This document shows positions 25,000 to 37,044 of a DNA stretch of 64,000 nucleotides, piece by piece (within the stretch, counting starts at the first letter, position 1; each line of letters begins with the position of its first letter). Source of the DNA: Hydractinia symbiolongicarpus (lineage: Eukaryota). A program made the position numbers and the translations under genes. The stretch lies in the NCBI RefSeq assembly GCF_029227915.1, contig NC_079887.1, positions 16,160,214 through 16,224,213 of the forward strand, read 5' to 3'. The notes under the pieces are model-generated. The model made no database searches and had not been told where the DNA came from. It saw only the letters and a program-made list of their open reading frames with translations.

Positions 25000-25087
25000 G
25001 TTTGCACTGAGTGTTTATCCGAGTTGGCGTTGCAAGGAAAACTAGAAAAGTTGTTGGTTAAATCTTGCCCAGGAATTTCTAATGAAG
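25000..25087 (+). CDS. LRR exon (VCTECLSELALQGKLEKLLVKSCPGISNE-)
   Basis: Acceptor gttttag|, donor GTTAGT. Confidence 0.55.
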
Positions 25088-25603
25088 GTTAGTAATTAAA
25101 TGGTCCGCGAAACAGCCTGTTGACGTTTGTCTTCAGTGGCTTACATAAAATTAATTGTAATGGTGAAAATGTTTATGAGCACTGTAATATGTTGTATTTC
25201 ATTACTTTTCCGTGAAACGTATTTAGTTTTCTTCCAAAAAATGTAAATTAATCCTCCCCACCCCATTTTTCTATCTTTCATCTTTTTTATTGCGAAACAC
25301 ATTTCTTTTCCTTATATGATCCCAACCTCGTTTTCAGCGGCATAGGTAGTTCCAAAAGTTTTTTTTTTCAAAAACAGGAAGTGCAAATACTCTTGACGCT
25401 TAATCTCATACGCGAAACTTTTGCTTTGTACGCCAAGTTTTTAATGTCATTGGTCTGATTGTTTGCTGCATTTAACTCAGTATAGAATCCCTAAAATTCA
25501 CTAATTTTGTACATCTTGCTTTTTGTCAGTGATTTCCCGTCTAACAAAAAAAAATTCGCGAAAATTTTACGCAACGAGTTACTTTAATTTCTCTCTATTG
25601 TAG

Positions 25604-25747
25604 GAGTTGTTACCTGTCTTATTTATTTGGATTCGCTTCACACGTTCGATCTAAGTGGATGTTACACGGTTGATGATGGTTTCATCGACGATAATCGACT
25701 AAAAAATGTGCTGCGTCAGCATATGACATTGGATTTAATACTAGGAG
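25604..25747 (+). CDS. LRR exon (-VVTCLIYLDSLHTFDLSGCYTVDDGFIDDNRLKNVLRQHMTLDLILG-)
   Basis: Acceptor attgtag|, donor GTGAAA. Confidence 0.55.
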
Positions 25748-26129
25748 GTGAAAATTTCTCCTTCTATATTACATTTTTGAATCCGCTTTTTTTTTACAGT
25801 GCCTACTAAATTTTATTTATACAATCCCCCACTGTACACAGTGCCTGGAGTTAATTTCCGGTACCCTGGTCTGACCATAGACACGCTCACAAACATTTTT
25901 AAATGGAAAACATTATTTTTCTGTCCGAATTTTCCCCTTGGCCAGTTAAAGGTGCCCCCAACTGAAGTATATGTAGATGATGCACGTAGTGTAATGGGTT
26001 TGTCTGTGACTTCCAGTTCTTGGGATCGCTTCCGCTCACTGCCAGGCAATATGTTGTGATGCATCAGGGGGCTTTACTTCTATATTAAAAATTATGGTTC
26101 CTTACGCGAATGTATGTTATTTAATTCAG

Positions 26130-26249
26130 CTAGCGAAGTGACAGAAGAAGGGTTGACGAAACTAAAAGAATTTTTTACTTGGTGTAATCCTACTTTACAG
26201 AATCTTCGTGTAAACATGCTCAGAAATGACCGTGATCCAATGTATATAG
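26130..26249 (+). CDS. Exon (-ASEVTEEGLTKLKEFFTWCNPTLQNLRVNMLRNDRDPMYI-)
   Basis: Acceptor aattcag|, donor GTGAGT. Confidence 0.55.
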
Positions 26250-26643
26250 GTGAGTGTATATGTTTTCGATCTGTCAGAAGGGAGGTTTAAACTTTGTGAT
26301 GACCATATGGAAATCAGTTTCTATGATAGCTTTATTTAACAAAGCGACAATTGAGGGGATTCGCCTGATGTTGTAAAGTGAAGCTTTGTATTGTCTATGT
26401 ACAAGCTCGTGACTTTGATAATGAAATACGAAAATGAAATCTTTATTAGTTGTTACAAGAGGCCAGCGGCCATTTATTAGTCTTTTAATTCTGAAATGAT
26501 TTTAAGGAAGATTGGGTAACACCTGCAATTGTCAGTACGCTTTGCGTCTCTTGTAATTGGATGGGGTTGTTTTGAATGGCAGTTTCTCTATAGAGGTAAT
26601 AAATCAAAGTAAAAAAACCTATCCCAGTCTTTTTATTATTTAG

Positions 26644-27071
26644 AATATTCAGACGAGGACGATGATTTCGACGAAGAAGACAGAGAAGCCGGAGAAGAAA
26701 AGGAAGAAACACAACTACAACATAATCTTCGCCCATGTGAATCTGAGTTAGAATTTGATGTGAATGCTGACTATTCGATGGTTGAAGAAGACGGGGAAAG
26801 CCTTTATGTTGTGGAGAAGTGTTCGCCTTTAAAACAAGATAAGGACTTTCTAGTCAACGACAGGGAAGGTTACCTTGTGGAGCATTTACAAACGGCATTT
26901 TCAAATTTGGAAGAAAATTTTCCAAATACGGAAGAAAATTGGGATGATGAAACTGACGGCAGCCGAGTATGGGAAGTGGCTGCAGAAAGTTTACATTATT
27001 CAGACGAGATCGATGTTGACGATGATTACTTAGAAAATGATGACGTGAGCAGAAATGAATTAATTGGTTAA
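26644..27071 (+). CDS. Terminal exon: highly acidic (D/E-rich) ~142-aa tail ...EYSDEDDDFDEEDREAGEEKEE...DEIDVDDDYLENDDVSRNELIG*, stop at 27069-27071; AATAAA at ~27218
   Basis: Acceptor tatttag| at 26643. The long open frame ends with TAA. A polyadenylation hexamer lies ~150 bp downstream. Confidence 0.6.
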
Positions 27072-29204
27072 GCGTGGAACTAAGTGTATGTTAAACTCGT
27101 CCCCAGGACAATTTTTTAGAGATGACGATTCACCAGAGCCTATGCTATTCTAAAATCTAATCGAAGGGTTTTTTTTATTCGCTTAATAAGGATTCAGGGA
27201 GATCTTTGAAATATATCAAATAAAATTTTGAATAAGCATCCTAGATTGTTCACTTTTGTCGTTGTTGTATTTTTGTAGTTTTTTAGAGCATGTACATTTT
27301 TGTTTCAAAAAAAGTGTTTTTGATGACGTCATTAGCAGCGGGATGACTTCCAATTTTTAAATTTTTAGTCGATTTTTTTCTTAAAGTTCAAAGATGAGTG
27401 GATCCAAATTAGTATTAGCCAAAATTAGTATTTCTCTAAAGCTATAGCTATTTTAAAATTAGGAGAATAATTAAGAAGGTACTTAAAGAAATGAGGCGTT
27501 ATGAAGTTATTACCACAAATTATGAAAGGTGAATGCTCGTTTTATATTTATGTTATGAGTTTTATTTAAAAAACTATATACTTAAGTTCTAGGTTTTATT
27601 TGATAACATGGAGATATCCTATAGTATACGCCTGGGTGCTTATTTTTAAAATTAATCTCATTTATTAGAGGGGCGTTTTTTAAAATTAGTTTTGTAGTTA
27701 GATGGCTTGTTGTTAAAGGGGGCGCTTAAAAAATGGGCACTAGAAGATGAAATACCGTATCTAAGTTAATTTTAGGACTATTCCCCATGTCCCCTCCGCT
27801 GCAATGATTGTTTTATTCTGCATAATGAAATATTTGCAGTTTAAAAAATGGATTTTTTTGCATTTTCAGCAACCAACACCTCTACGCGCAACAGTCAGCA
27901 GACACTTTCCATTATAAACTTTCGAGAGTGCAACCTCGTCTCCAGGCCCTTGTGGCCCCCGAGCAGTTTTACGAAACGGTGAGAACGAGGTTGACGATAG
28001 TGGTACAGTTCAACAATAAATAATGACACTACCAACGAAAGGTCAAAGTGTCATTTACGCAATTTCCTATTCAATGTTAAACTCTGTGTATTGTTTTCGG
28101 AATCTTTAAATAACTCGCGTGTAAATTGATTCTGGGCGGTTTTTATCCTGATGTGCAATATGTGTACAACAAGCGATAATACTCAATTCAACCCCCGTCC
28201 CAGAAGGTAAAAAGCCCTGGGGACGAGGGTGTACTCAATTCGAAGAAAACAACTAACAGGGCGCAGAATTGCCATTAACTACTTTACAAACTAAAAAATA
28301 CATCAACATACAACTAGGGTTTTAAGCTCGTAATGTTCCGGGGGAAAAAAAGGTTTTGCTTTGTAAAAAAATTATTTTCGTATCTTACAGATACCTCATA
28401 AAAGTTACTGTTTTGCCTTTAAAAATTATAAATTTGTTTTAACGGCAAATGTTAAAGGTTGGTAATTATATTTGTTTTGGCGCTCCATTTAAAAATGATT
28501 ATATATGCAAAAGTTTGTTTTCTAAATTATTGCACCACTTTGCAAACGACAAAATAAGGAAGGGGCGTCTTTCTCAATTCACGAAATCGATTCAAAAGTC
28601 AATTTTGTAACAGCTATCTACATAGAAACAGCTAGGTATGTAAAGTTTTCCATAATAGAGTTTATCCATTGTATACCATGAGAAAATTTTTAGTCAGCCT
28701 CATTATAAGAGAATTTGAAGTTTTTTTACAGGGACTTTGCTTGCTATCACAAGCACTTTTGGAAGATATATTGCTTTAAGTTTTAAAAATTAGTTACTGG
28801 TATGAAAGTGAAAATTTTGTTGCCTATAATTAATTCTACCAAGCCTGTTAGCTTTTGGTAAATTTTGATGGCTTATAGTTAGTGATTCAATGTGGAATTG
28901 TTTATTATATACAATATGTACACGTTTTCACAGTTATTATGAGATGTAGTAATACACAAAGTAGTCGTTTCAAAAGACAATGCTGTACGGCTATGAGAAA
29001 AATCTGCGAAGGCTGCTGCGCAAAAAATGAAAAAAACAATAAACACATTTGCCAGCCCACAGCAGTGGGTATTTTTTTAGTAAAAAGAAAAGGCCATTTT
29101 CAGTTTTAATATTGAATTATGTCTTCTAAATTGGTTTTAAGACGATTAGTACGGTGTAACTAGTTGTACGGATAACTTGAGTTGGATAAAATAAGGGTAT
29201 GTAT

Positions 29205-29935
29205 TTTTACTTAACTGTTCTGCCCAATATTGGAATGCGCCCCGTCTTAAGACTGGCCAGGCCAATCTTCCGACAGTGACAAATTGGTGGCCAGTCAGAC
29301 TGGGTCTGCCCAATCTACAGACGTACATGCCCAATCTTAGAACGATTGTGGAAGACAAACAGAACAATAAAATTTTTAGAATATACCTCTTAATAGGAAC
29401 TTTAAATTGAAACTTTTCTTGGAAAATCAAAAGCCAAAAATTTATATATACCATGTATTTTATGTATAAAAAATTGAAACTACTCAACCATTTTAGCATA
29501 GTCTATAAGGTTTTTCTTCTATAGACTATGATATTAGCTACAGCTGGCTACAGCTCTAAATATAAACATTTTATTTTTAAAATTTAGCCACTACTACAAG
29601 CTGTATATAAATGCTAAATGTATAAAACGTGCTCTACCAGCTACCTAGCTAGCTAGCTACGATTTTCATTCTACTGTGTCCAAAAACGGGCCGGGTCAAT
29701 TCAACAGTACCCAAAATATAAATTTTTAATGTGCCTGAGAATGTTTGTTAGGAGTCGCAAAAAACAGAGCTCGTGTGGTGCATCCCTTCCTTAAAATCTA
29801 AAAGGCGCCAAAGATGGGCCTAACATGGTCTTTTGCCCAATCTTGTGACGCCCTGCCCAGTCTTAAGACTGGGCAATTTTATGTCCAAAGATTGGGCAGC
29901 TTCCTAAGATTGGGCAGAACATAACCATGAAAAGG
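29205..29935. mobile_element. MITE/foldback element with inverted termini carrying GCCCAATCT(T) subrepeats (…GTCTTAAGACTGGCCAG… / …CCCAGTCTTAAGACTGGGC…), ~0.7 kb upstream of MVP
   Basis: 29215-29345 and 29830-29930 share inverted words (CTGCCCAATCTTAG / CTAAGATTGGGCAG, GTCTTAAGACTGG). Confidence 0.45.
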
Positions 29936-30618
29936 TTTATGGCTACTCCTAAAATTATCAATGTCAAAAGTATTGTCTGAGCTTACTAACAGCTAGTTGG
30001 TAAACATCATTGGGCATGTTAAAAATATACCTCAATGGAAAATATCTTCACCATTTTAAGAACCCACAGTATTCATAAAAATTATGTGATGATTAGGTCA
30101 AATAGCAGAAATAAGTTTCTCAAAAGTCGGCAAAAGTAACAAATAAAACTATAATGTATTTCACATGTGCTTTTGTACACTCCCTCGTTGTTCTAGTATA
30201 TGAACTATGTTCTGCAGAGGTTACAAACAGTTGTGTTTGGGGCTTAGTTGGGTACAGATGTACAACGTGATTTGAATGGCCACACTCTTAATAAGCATAA
30301 AATAAAGAACCTTACATATTATATAGTCAAATATTGTTTAGGAATAAAAATTTGCATTTAATGAAGTACGGTTATTTTGAATCAAAAAAGAGGCTGCTGA
30401 CATTTTAAACAGGTTGGTTTTAAAACTTTAGTTGTCACCAGGTTTTTAAGGAAATGACATGGATTAAATTTGTTATTTGTCTAAGAATAGGTTTCATGCT
30501 AATAAAAATCTCAGTTAGAATTTTAATACTATTTTCCATGTTTTACCATTTCTTATGCCAGAACCATGCTAAAAATAAATTCCATTGACTTATTATTCAT
30601 TCCTTATTTTTAAGGACT

Positions 30619-30903
30619 ATGGCAGACAAAAGACCAACTAAGTCAAGCGACAGCTCCATTTTCAGAATACCACCCTACTATTACATCCATATCTTAGATC
30701 AAAACACTAATGTCACCAGAGTCGAAATTGGACCAAAGACATATATTCGCCAGGATAATGAAAAAGTTGTGTTTGGACCGCAACAGATGGTAACACTCCC
30801 TCCAAGACATTATTGTGTTATTGAGAATCCTGTTTTTACTGACGATGAAGGAAAAGTTGTATTTGATGAAAGCGGTCAAGCAAAGTTGAAACATGCAGAT
30901 TTG
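30619..30903 (+). CDS. MVP: Major vault protein exon 1 ([73 protein letters not shown]...KLKHADL)
   Basis: Near-identity to the human MVP N-terminus ([37 protein letters not shown]...PPRHYC...LRHADL). Donor GTTAGT at 30904. Confidence 0.9.
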
Positions 30904-31157
30904 GTTAGTCATTTAGTTTATTTTGTCTCTAGTTAAACAAACATTTACCTGAACGCAAACGTTTGTTTTACGCTCTACAATTATCAAATTTAATAAAGAG
31001 CATGTTAAAAAACTATAACAGCCATTAAAGCTTTTATACCATGGTATGATCTTGCAGTTAATACTTCTGTGTAAATTTACCATTTTCTCTATAAAATATA
31101 TATTTTTTTTCTTAATATGTGTCATGTGTTTTTTATTTTATTTATATTTTTTTCTAG

Positions 31158-31442
31158 GATATTCGCCTAGCCCAAGATCCATTCCCATTGTACCCAGGAG
31201 AAGTACTTAAGCAGTCAAAAACCGCGTTAACTGTAGTTCATGCCAACTCAGCTCTGCGATTGAGATCTATCCTTGACTTCACTCACAAGAGTGGGAAAAA
31301 TATTATTGCTGGAGATGAATGGTTGTTTGAAGGGCCTGGAACATACATTCCATGTAAAGAAGTTGAAGTTGTTGAGAGTGTCCATGCAGTTATTATTAAA
31401 CCCAATCAGGCCATTAAACTACGAGCCAGAAAAGAAACAACG
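31158..31442 (+). CDS. MVP: MVP exon 2 ([17 protein letters not shown]...[23 protein letters not shown]...LRARKETT)
   Basis: Matches human [17 protein letters not shown]...[24 protein letters not shown]...LRLRARKE. Acceptor tttctag|, donor GTAACA; 285 nt, phase 0. Confidence 0.9.
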
Positions 31443-32076
31443 GTAACAATATAAAATTTGTTGACGTTAGTATTTATTTTTAGAATTCAGGGTTTAAAAA
31501 ATTTAAAATCTTGTACACATTTTTTTGTGTACCTTGTAGATTGATTAGGCGGATAAGCGTCTTCCTTGTGTAATATGTATACTGAAAATATATATGGGTT
31601 GATGAAGGTAATGTCACCGAAACACGCGGTACGGTAGCAGGTCGTGATTGGTGGAAGTGAAGGCTTGTGCTGGTGGGCTTGGACCACCAACTGGGCTCGA
31701 TCCTGTAGTGAGAGAAAAGGCAATTGCAAACTCGTCTCACTATCGGACCGATAGCTCGGTTGGCAGTGCACGTTGAGCAAAGTTTAGCTGCATGTTTACG
31801 AGAGTGTACCTAATTTTATTTTTGTTACTATAAAAATTAACATTGCCTGAAATTATAAAAAAATTGTTTATTTTTCTTATATGTGGACATTTCCACCAAA
31901 TTTAATCTTTTTTCCTTCCTCCAAATTAAACCTTAATTTTACCCTATTTAATTTCCACCAAATTTTCTTCTTGTCAAAATTTCTTCCTTAAAGGTATATT
32001 TGTGGCACAGCGATATAATTTCTTTATTACAAACCAATTACATTTCTTATTTCATATATACATTACTTACATGCAG

Positions 32077-32199
32077 GATCGAGAAGGAAAGGAAAGAGTT
32101 ACAGGTGAAGAATGGATTGTAAAGAAGACTGGTGCTTATCTACCAGGAGCGTATGAGGAAGTTTGTGAAATTGTGGATGCCTATGTACTCACAGAAAAG
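32077..32199 (+). CDS. MVP: MVP exon 3 ([41 protein letters not shown])
   Basis: Matches human [41 protein letters not shown]. Acceptor atgcag|, donor GTGAGG. Confidence 0.9.
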
Positions 32200-32275
32200 G
32201 TGAGGTGTGATGTTTCAACAACAACATCGTTTTTTTCTTTCTGTTGTATATAATAAGCTCATGATTTTTTTTCAG

Positions 32276-32401
32276 AATGCATTGCATATGCGAGCGACTC
32301 GAACATTTACTGACATGAAGAAGAAATTACGAAAAAATGGTGAAGAGTGGCTGATTACTTTCGATGACACTGAAACTCACATTCCAAATGTTTATGAAGA
32401 G
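32276..32401 (+). CDS. MVP: MVP exon 4 ([42 protein letters not shown])
   Basis: Matches human TALHLRARRNF...[24 protein letters not shown]. Acceptor ttcag|, donor GTATGC. Confidence 0.9.
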
Positions 32402-32612
32402 GTATGCTTTCTCAAGACATTATGAATTTTGTCCAGACATATATGAATTCTGTTTTTACAGATGATATATTTGAATTTGCACATGAAGGAATTTATTTAA
32501 ATGTTTCCGATAAATCATAATTTTTAAAATATCGTCATGATACGCTTTGTCTGTTCTTTGTTGATCAGCTCTATGTTGGAGCAGGGCGATTTTATGAGTA
32601 TAAATTTTCTAG

Positions 32613-32723
32613 GTTGTAGTTGTTGTTAACATTACAACATTGAGCAATCGAGAATACTGTGTCATATGTGATCCAATTGGTGAAGACGGAAAACCTCAAC
32701 TAGGACAAAAAAAACTTGTCAAG
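32613..32723 (+). CDS. MVP: MVP exon 5 ([37 protein letters not shown])
   Basis: Matches human [37 protein letters not shown]. Acceptor ttctag|, donor GTAAAT. Confidence 0.9.
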
Positions 32724-32819
32724 GTAAATTTTTGAAAATATTTTTATCTTTTTATGGTCAACTATGACAATTGTATTAGTCTAAAACAGAGCTAAATTCA
32801 AGACGTTATTACTTTCTAG

Positions 32820-33325
32820 GGTGAAAAATCATTTTTCCTTCAACCAGGAGAGAAATTAGAAAAAGGTATTCAAAAAATATACGTCCTTGGCGAAGACGAG
32901 GGATTGATTTTAAAAGCTACCGAAGAATTCACAGACGACAAAGACAAACGCGCTCCTGGAGATCGCTGGATGATCCGTGGTCCACGAGAATACGTGCCGC
33001 CCGTAGAAGTAGAAGTAAGCAACTTTCGCAAAGCAATTCCACTGGATGCCAACGAAGGTGTTTATGTTCGAAATATAAAAACAGGTCAGGTGAGAGCTGT
33101 TATCGGATGCACATACATGTTGAATCAAGATGAGGAACTGTGGCAAAAAGAGTTGCCACCTGTCGTGGAAGATTTGTTGGCACAAGGAAAAGATCCCGTT
33201 GCTGACCGCAGTGATCGAAAAACTGCTGAAAAACCTAAATCACGCGATAAACATAAAGTAGTCACCTTCCGCGTGCCACACAATGCTACTGTTCAAATCT
33301 ACGACTACAAGGATAAAAAAGCAAG
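32820..33325 (+). CDS. MVP: MVP exon 6 ([23 protein letters not shown]...[20 protein letters not shown]...[37 protein letters not shown]...[21 protein letters not shown]-)
   Basis: Long colinear match to human [23 protein letters not shown]...[21 protein letters not shown]...[37 protein letters not shown]...[21 protein letters not shown]. Donor GTATGC at 33326. Confidence 0.9.
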
Positions 33326-33407
33326 GTATGCACAAATTGTTACCCGTCCAAATTTGTTATTTTGTGTTTGTTTATATACTAACGTTACAATTTTTTTTTC
33401 TTTCTAG

Positions 33408-33605
33408 AGTCATTTTTGGTCCGGATCTTGTCATGCTTGGCCCAGATGAGCAGTTCACTGTTCTCAGTATCTCTGGCGGCAAGCCTAAACGTCCTAATGT
33501 AATCAAAGCATTATGTTTATTACTTGGTCCTGACTTTTGCACTGATATAGTTGTCGTAGAAACTGCTGATCATGCGAGACTGTCATTACAGTTGTCTTAT
33601 AACTG
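33408..33605 (+). CDS. MVP: MVP exon 7 ((R)[65 protein letters not shown]-)
   Basis: Matches human [67 protein letters not shown]. Confidence 0.9.
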
Positions 33606-33697
33606 GTAAGAGGTCTAACTCTTCGTTGAAATCTGTATGTAATAAGAATAAAGGGGTGAGAAAAAATAATCTTAATTATTGTGTTTTTATGCCATAG

Positions 33698-34048
33698 GCA
33701 CTTCACATGTGACAAGGACGACGCCAGTGGCGCGAAACTTTTCTCAGTACCAGACTTCATCGGAGATGCTTGCAAGGCGATCGCTTCGCGAATTCGAGGT
33801 GCTGTGGCCAGCGTAAAGTTTGACGATTTCCACAAGAATTCCGCAAAAATCATCCGCTCTTCCGTATTTGGGTTGGACGAGAAGGGAAAAGTTCGAGAAA
33901 AATTCACCTTTCCAGCAAATAATTTGAGCATAACTAGTGTCGATATCCAGTCTGTGGAGCCCGTCGATCAACGTACACGTGACGCTCTGCAGAAATCTGT
34001 CCAGCTTGCTATTGAAATCACAACAGCTTCGCAAGAAGCGTCTGCGAA
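33698..34048 (+). CDS. MVP: MVP exon 8 ((W)[58 protein letters not shown]...[36 protein letters not shown]-)
   Basis: Matches human [60 protein letters not shown]...[37 protein letters not shown]. Confidence 0.9.
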
Positions 34049-34187
34049 GTAAGTGGTTTTCTTATTGAATATACTGCAGTGTTTGTGATCTCGACTTCAG
34101 GCATGCGCGCTAACAGCGTATGACATTTTTGGGATTTTTAGGTGTAATTGACAGCTAGGCATGTATTTTCTTGAATTTGTTATTTAG

Positions 34188-34431
34188 ACATGAGGCAGAT
34201 CGTCTTGAACAAGAAGCTCGAGGTCGCCTCGAGAGACAGAAAATTCAGGATGAAGCAGAAGCAGAGAAGGCTCGCCGAGAGTTACTCCAACTGCAAGCTT
34301 TGAGCGCAGCTGTCGAATCAACTGGTCAAGCTAAGGCCGAGGCTCAGTCTCGTGCTGAAGCTGCACGAATTGAAGGCGAGGCTGCCGTACAACAAGCGCA
34401 ATTGAAATCTGAAGCGACCAGCATTGAAGCT
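34188..34431 (+). CDS. MVP: MVP exon 9 ((K)[81 protein letters not shown])
   Basis: Matches human [83 protein letters not shown]. Confidence 0.9.
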
Positions 34432-34589
34432 GTGAGTCATCAATTCCGTTCTGTCTTTGTTATTAATAATTTCACCCGCAAGTTGAATTGTTGTGTGGAT
34501 CACACATCAACCCGGTCATAACCTATTTCCACAAATATTTTCTCTCCGTGACCTCTGTTCTTACTTTTACTCTTAATGATTTTTCCTAG

Positions 34590-34778
34590 GATTCTGAATT
34601 AAAACGTCTGACGGCTGCGCGTGATGCTGAAATGAAGTACATCAAAGAACAGAACGAGCTCGAGATTGTGAAGACCTCTGAGCTCGCTACCATCGAGTCG
34701 AACAAATTTAAACAGATGGTGGACGCTATTGGTTCGAATACAATACAATCAATTGCTACTGCCGGTCCTGATATGCAG
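34590..34778 (+). CDS. MVP: MVP exon 10 (DSELKRLTAARDAEMKYIKEQNELEIVKTSELATIESNKFKQMVDAIGSNTIQSIATAGPDMQ)
   Basis: Matches human ...[31 protein letters not shown]. Acceptor tcctag|, donor GTAAGA. Confidence 0.9.
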
Positions 34779-35170
34779 GTAAGATCTTATCAACCTTCTC
34801 CCCATATCTCTGATGGAGTAAACAGCCATTACAAGTCGAACATTTTAAAGTAGTTGTCATCCAATTTCATATTGTGGTTTAATAATCCGGTGGTTCAGTG
34901 AACTGTGACCTTCCGTCAATTAATTTTGACGAATATGACGTAAAAATAATGATAGTCTTTCTTGTTCTTGCAACTTTTTAACAACTTTATTCATTCTCTG
35001 CATAACAAAACTGTTATGTACTGTCATTTGAAGGTGACGCTATCCTGTTGATGATTAAATTTACCTTATTTATATTAAATATATTAATCGGATTTTATTA
35101 GATCTGACTTGATCTATGAGATTTTACAAGAAGGGGGAGATAATTATTTTGACCTAATTTTATAATTTAG

Positions 35171-35323
35171 GTAAAGTTACTGAAATCGCTTGGACTTCAA
35201 TCAACGTTAATCACGGATGGTTCATCTCCAATCAACCTCTTCAACACAGCCCAAGGTTTGATTGGTGCTATTGAAGATCGGAAAAGTCGAAGAGACAGAG
35301 ACAGCTTTACATCGGAAAGCTAA
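35171..35323 (+). CDS. MVP: MVP terminal exon ([50 protein letters not shown])
   Basis: Matches human [32 protein letters not shown]. Stop TAA at 35321-35323. Confidence 0.9.
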   Translation, partial: VKLLKSLGLQSTLITDGSSPINLFNTAQGLIGAIEDRKSRRDRDSFTSES

Positions 35324-35333
35324 TCGTTTTTAA

Positions 35334-35339
35334 AATAAA
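35334..35339 (+). promoter_or_regulatory. MVP: AATAAA polyadenylation signal 11 nt after the MVP stop
   Basis: TTTTAAAATAAACGG is seen directly. Confidence 0.6.
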
Positions 35340-36789
35340 CGGTTTTTTTGTAATGTTTTTTTTCCTTTAAATTAATTTATGATTTTTTTTATTTCAATTT
35401 TTTCAAAATTCTGTTCTGTTGTACACAAGTCTATTTCATGTTGTTTTTTTTTTACTTTTTTGTATAGGCTGTGTGGTTTTCGTAAAATAATAAAAGTAAA
35501 ATTAAATAAACTTTTATGCGCTGGATTTTTGTAATTATTTCCGATTTTCTTGATAATAAAACCCTGAAATAAATCTCATAACAAAGTTCCGTCCTTTTGT
35601 CTTCCTCATCGGTTGGTCGATCGTGGTCACTTTCAGGCAGTCATGTACAAGAATTCAGTTCAAATCTTGCTAATCTAAGTTTTACTAAGGATTTTAAAAA
35701 TCCGTCACATTTGAAGGCAACGAATTTCAATGATAAATTTTGTGCATTTTACGTCACTTAATACGGATCACTTAATACGGATGCAAGAATGATGCGCGGT
35801 TAAAAGCTGCGTAAAGAAACAATCAGCAAACTCAAGCTGAATATATATACTAAAATATACAGTTGTTATTTAATCTCGAATTTTATCCGTCAGGAAGACA
35901 TTCGATATAAACGAGTATATTTAATTAGGCGATTAGATTTATCTATTTTTTGATTTTCTTCCTCATATAAACAAGAGACCAAAGAGTCCTGGAAACGAGA
36001 TTTATTTTTAATTGTGCACAGCAATATCCACATACATGTAAAACATAAATTTTTGGTTTGACGTAATATCTAATCAGTGCATTGACTAAAAAATTATGTA
36101 TAAAAAGTAAAAACAAATACAAAAAAAGGTAAATATATTTTTAGCAAACAAAAAAAAGTCTTTCAAGAAAAAGAGAGCAAAGAGGATTATCAAATTTTAG
36201 GAGGTGGGGGCTTGTGGCGCGCTTTTAAATCGAAAATAAGGAAATTATAAAATATTTGGGAGGGAAAACAACAAACAAACGACAGATATGACAACTTCTT
36301 CCTTCGCAACTATTTTGGTGTTGAAATTGCAAACTGATTTAGTTTGAGGCAACGAATTTGTTTGACCTCTCCATGAAGTTATACACCTGTGACAATTTAA
36401 ATCACAAACACTACACAATGAGACTACACAATAACAGTCGAAATACAATTCATAAACAAGAATTAATCACCCCTTTCACAATACTACATTTACATGGCTA
36501 AAGTTATTTCGAGCTTGAAAACCACACTAGTGTAAGAATATCTATGAATAATTATTTTAAGTTATTTTAAAATCAACATTCGCCATTTTAATTTCTGTCA
36601 ATCAAAACATTTGCTACTTCAAGCAGCTCGTGCTCTGTTTAGCAGAAGTGTATGATAGCAATTCATTGACGTAAAATTCCACGTATTAAAAAATTACTTT
36701 TAGTTTTCATACACTTTGCTTAAGAACACTACACACTACGATTAAAACAATGTCACGTCACAGTCGAACACAACTTCGTCACTCCAACG

Positions 36790-37044
36790 TCAATGTTTCA
36801 CATCATACAACACCTCCAACAAGCACGCCATCGACCACGCCTGTGTAGGACAACTGTGGCCGCAATAAGCACCATTCTGATTGGTCAGTTCAGGTAACCC
36901 TTTCCATGCTGACGTCGACAGTTCTCTTTTATGTCGCGACAACATTTGATATATTTGCTTGCTCGTTTCCTCGACGTCTTCTCCAGATTTTTTTGCGAAA
37001 AGAAGTTTGGCTCGAAGAAAGGGTCCCAGCACCCAAGTCCATTC
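36790..37044 (-). CDS. AGL: AGL terminal exon ([84 protein letters not shown])
   Basis: Matches the human AGL C-terminus EWLWPIGYFLRAKLYFSRL...[49 protein letters not shown]. Stop at 36790-36792. MVP and AGL are tail-to-tail, ~1.47 kb apart. Confidence 0.85.
   Translation of the reverse strand, partial: [84 protein letters not shown]

Noticed and set aside
30694-34503. Minus-strand ORFs overlapping MVP exons (30694-30912, 32870-33185, 33503-34034, 34318-34503)
   Set aside because: Antisense or frame shadows of real MVP exons and introns. The plus-strand frames carry the unambiguous MVP homology.
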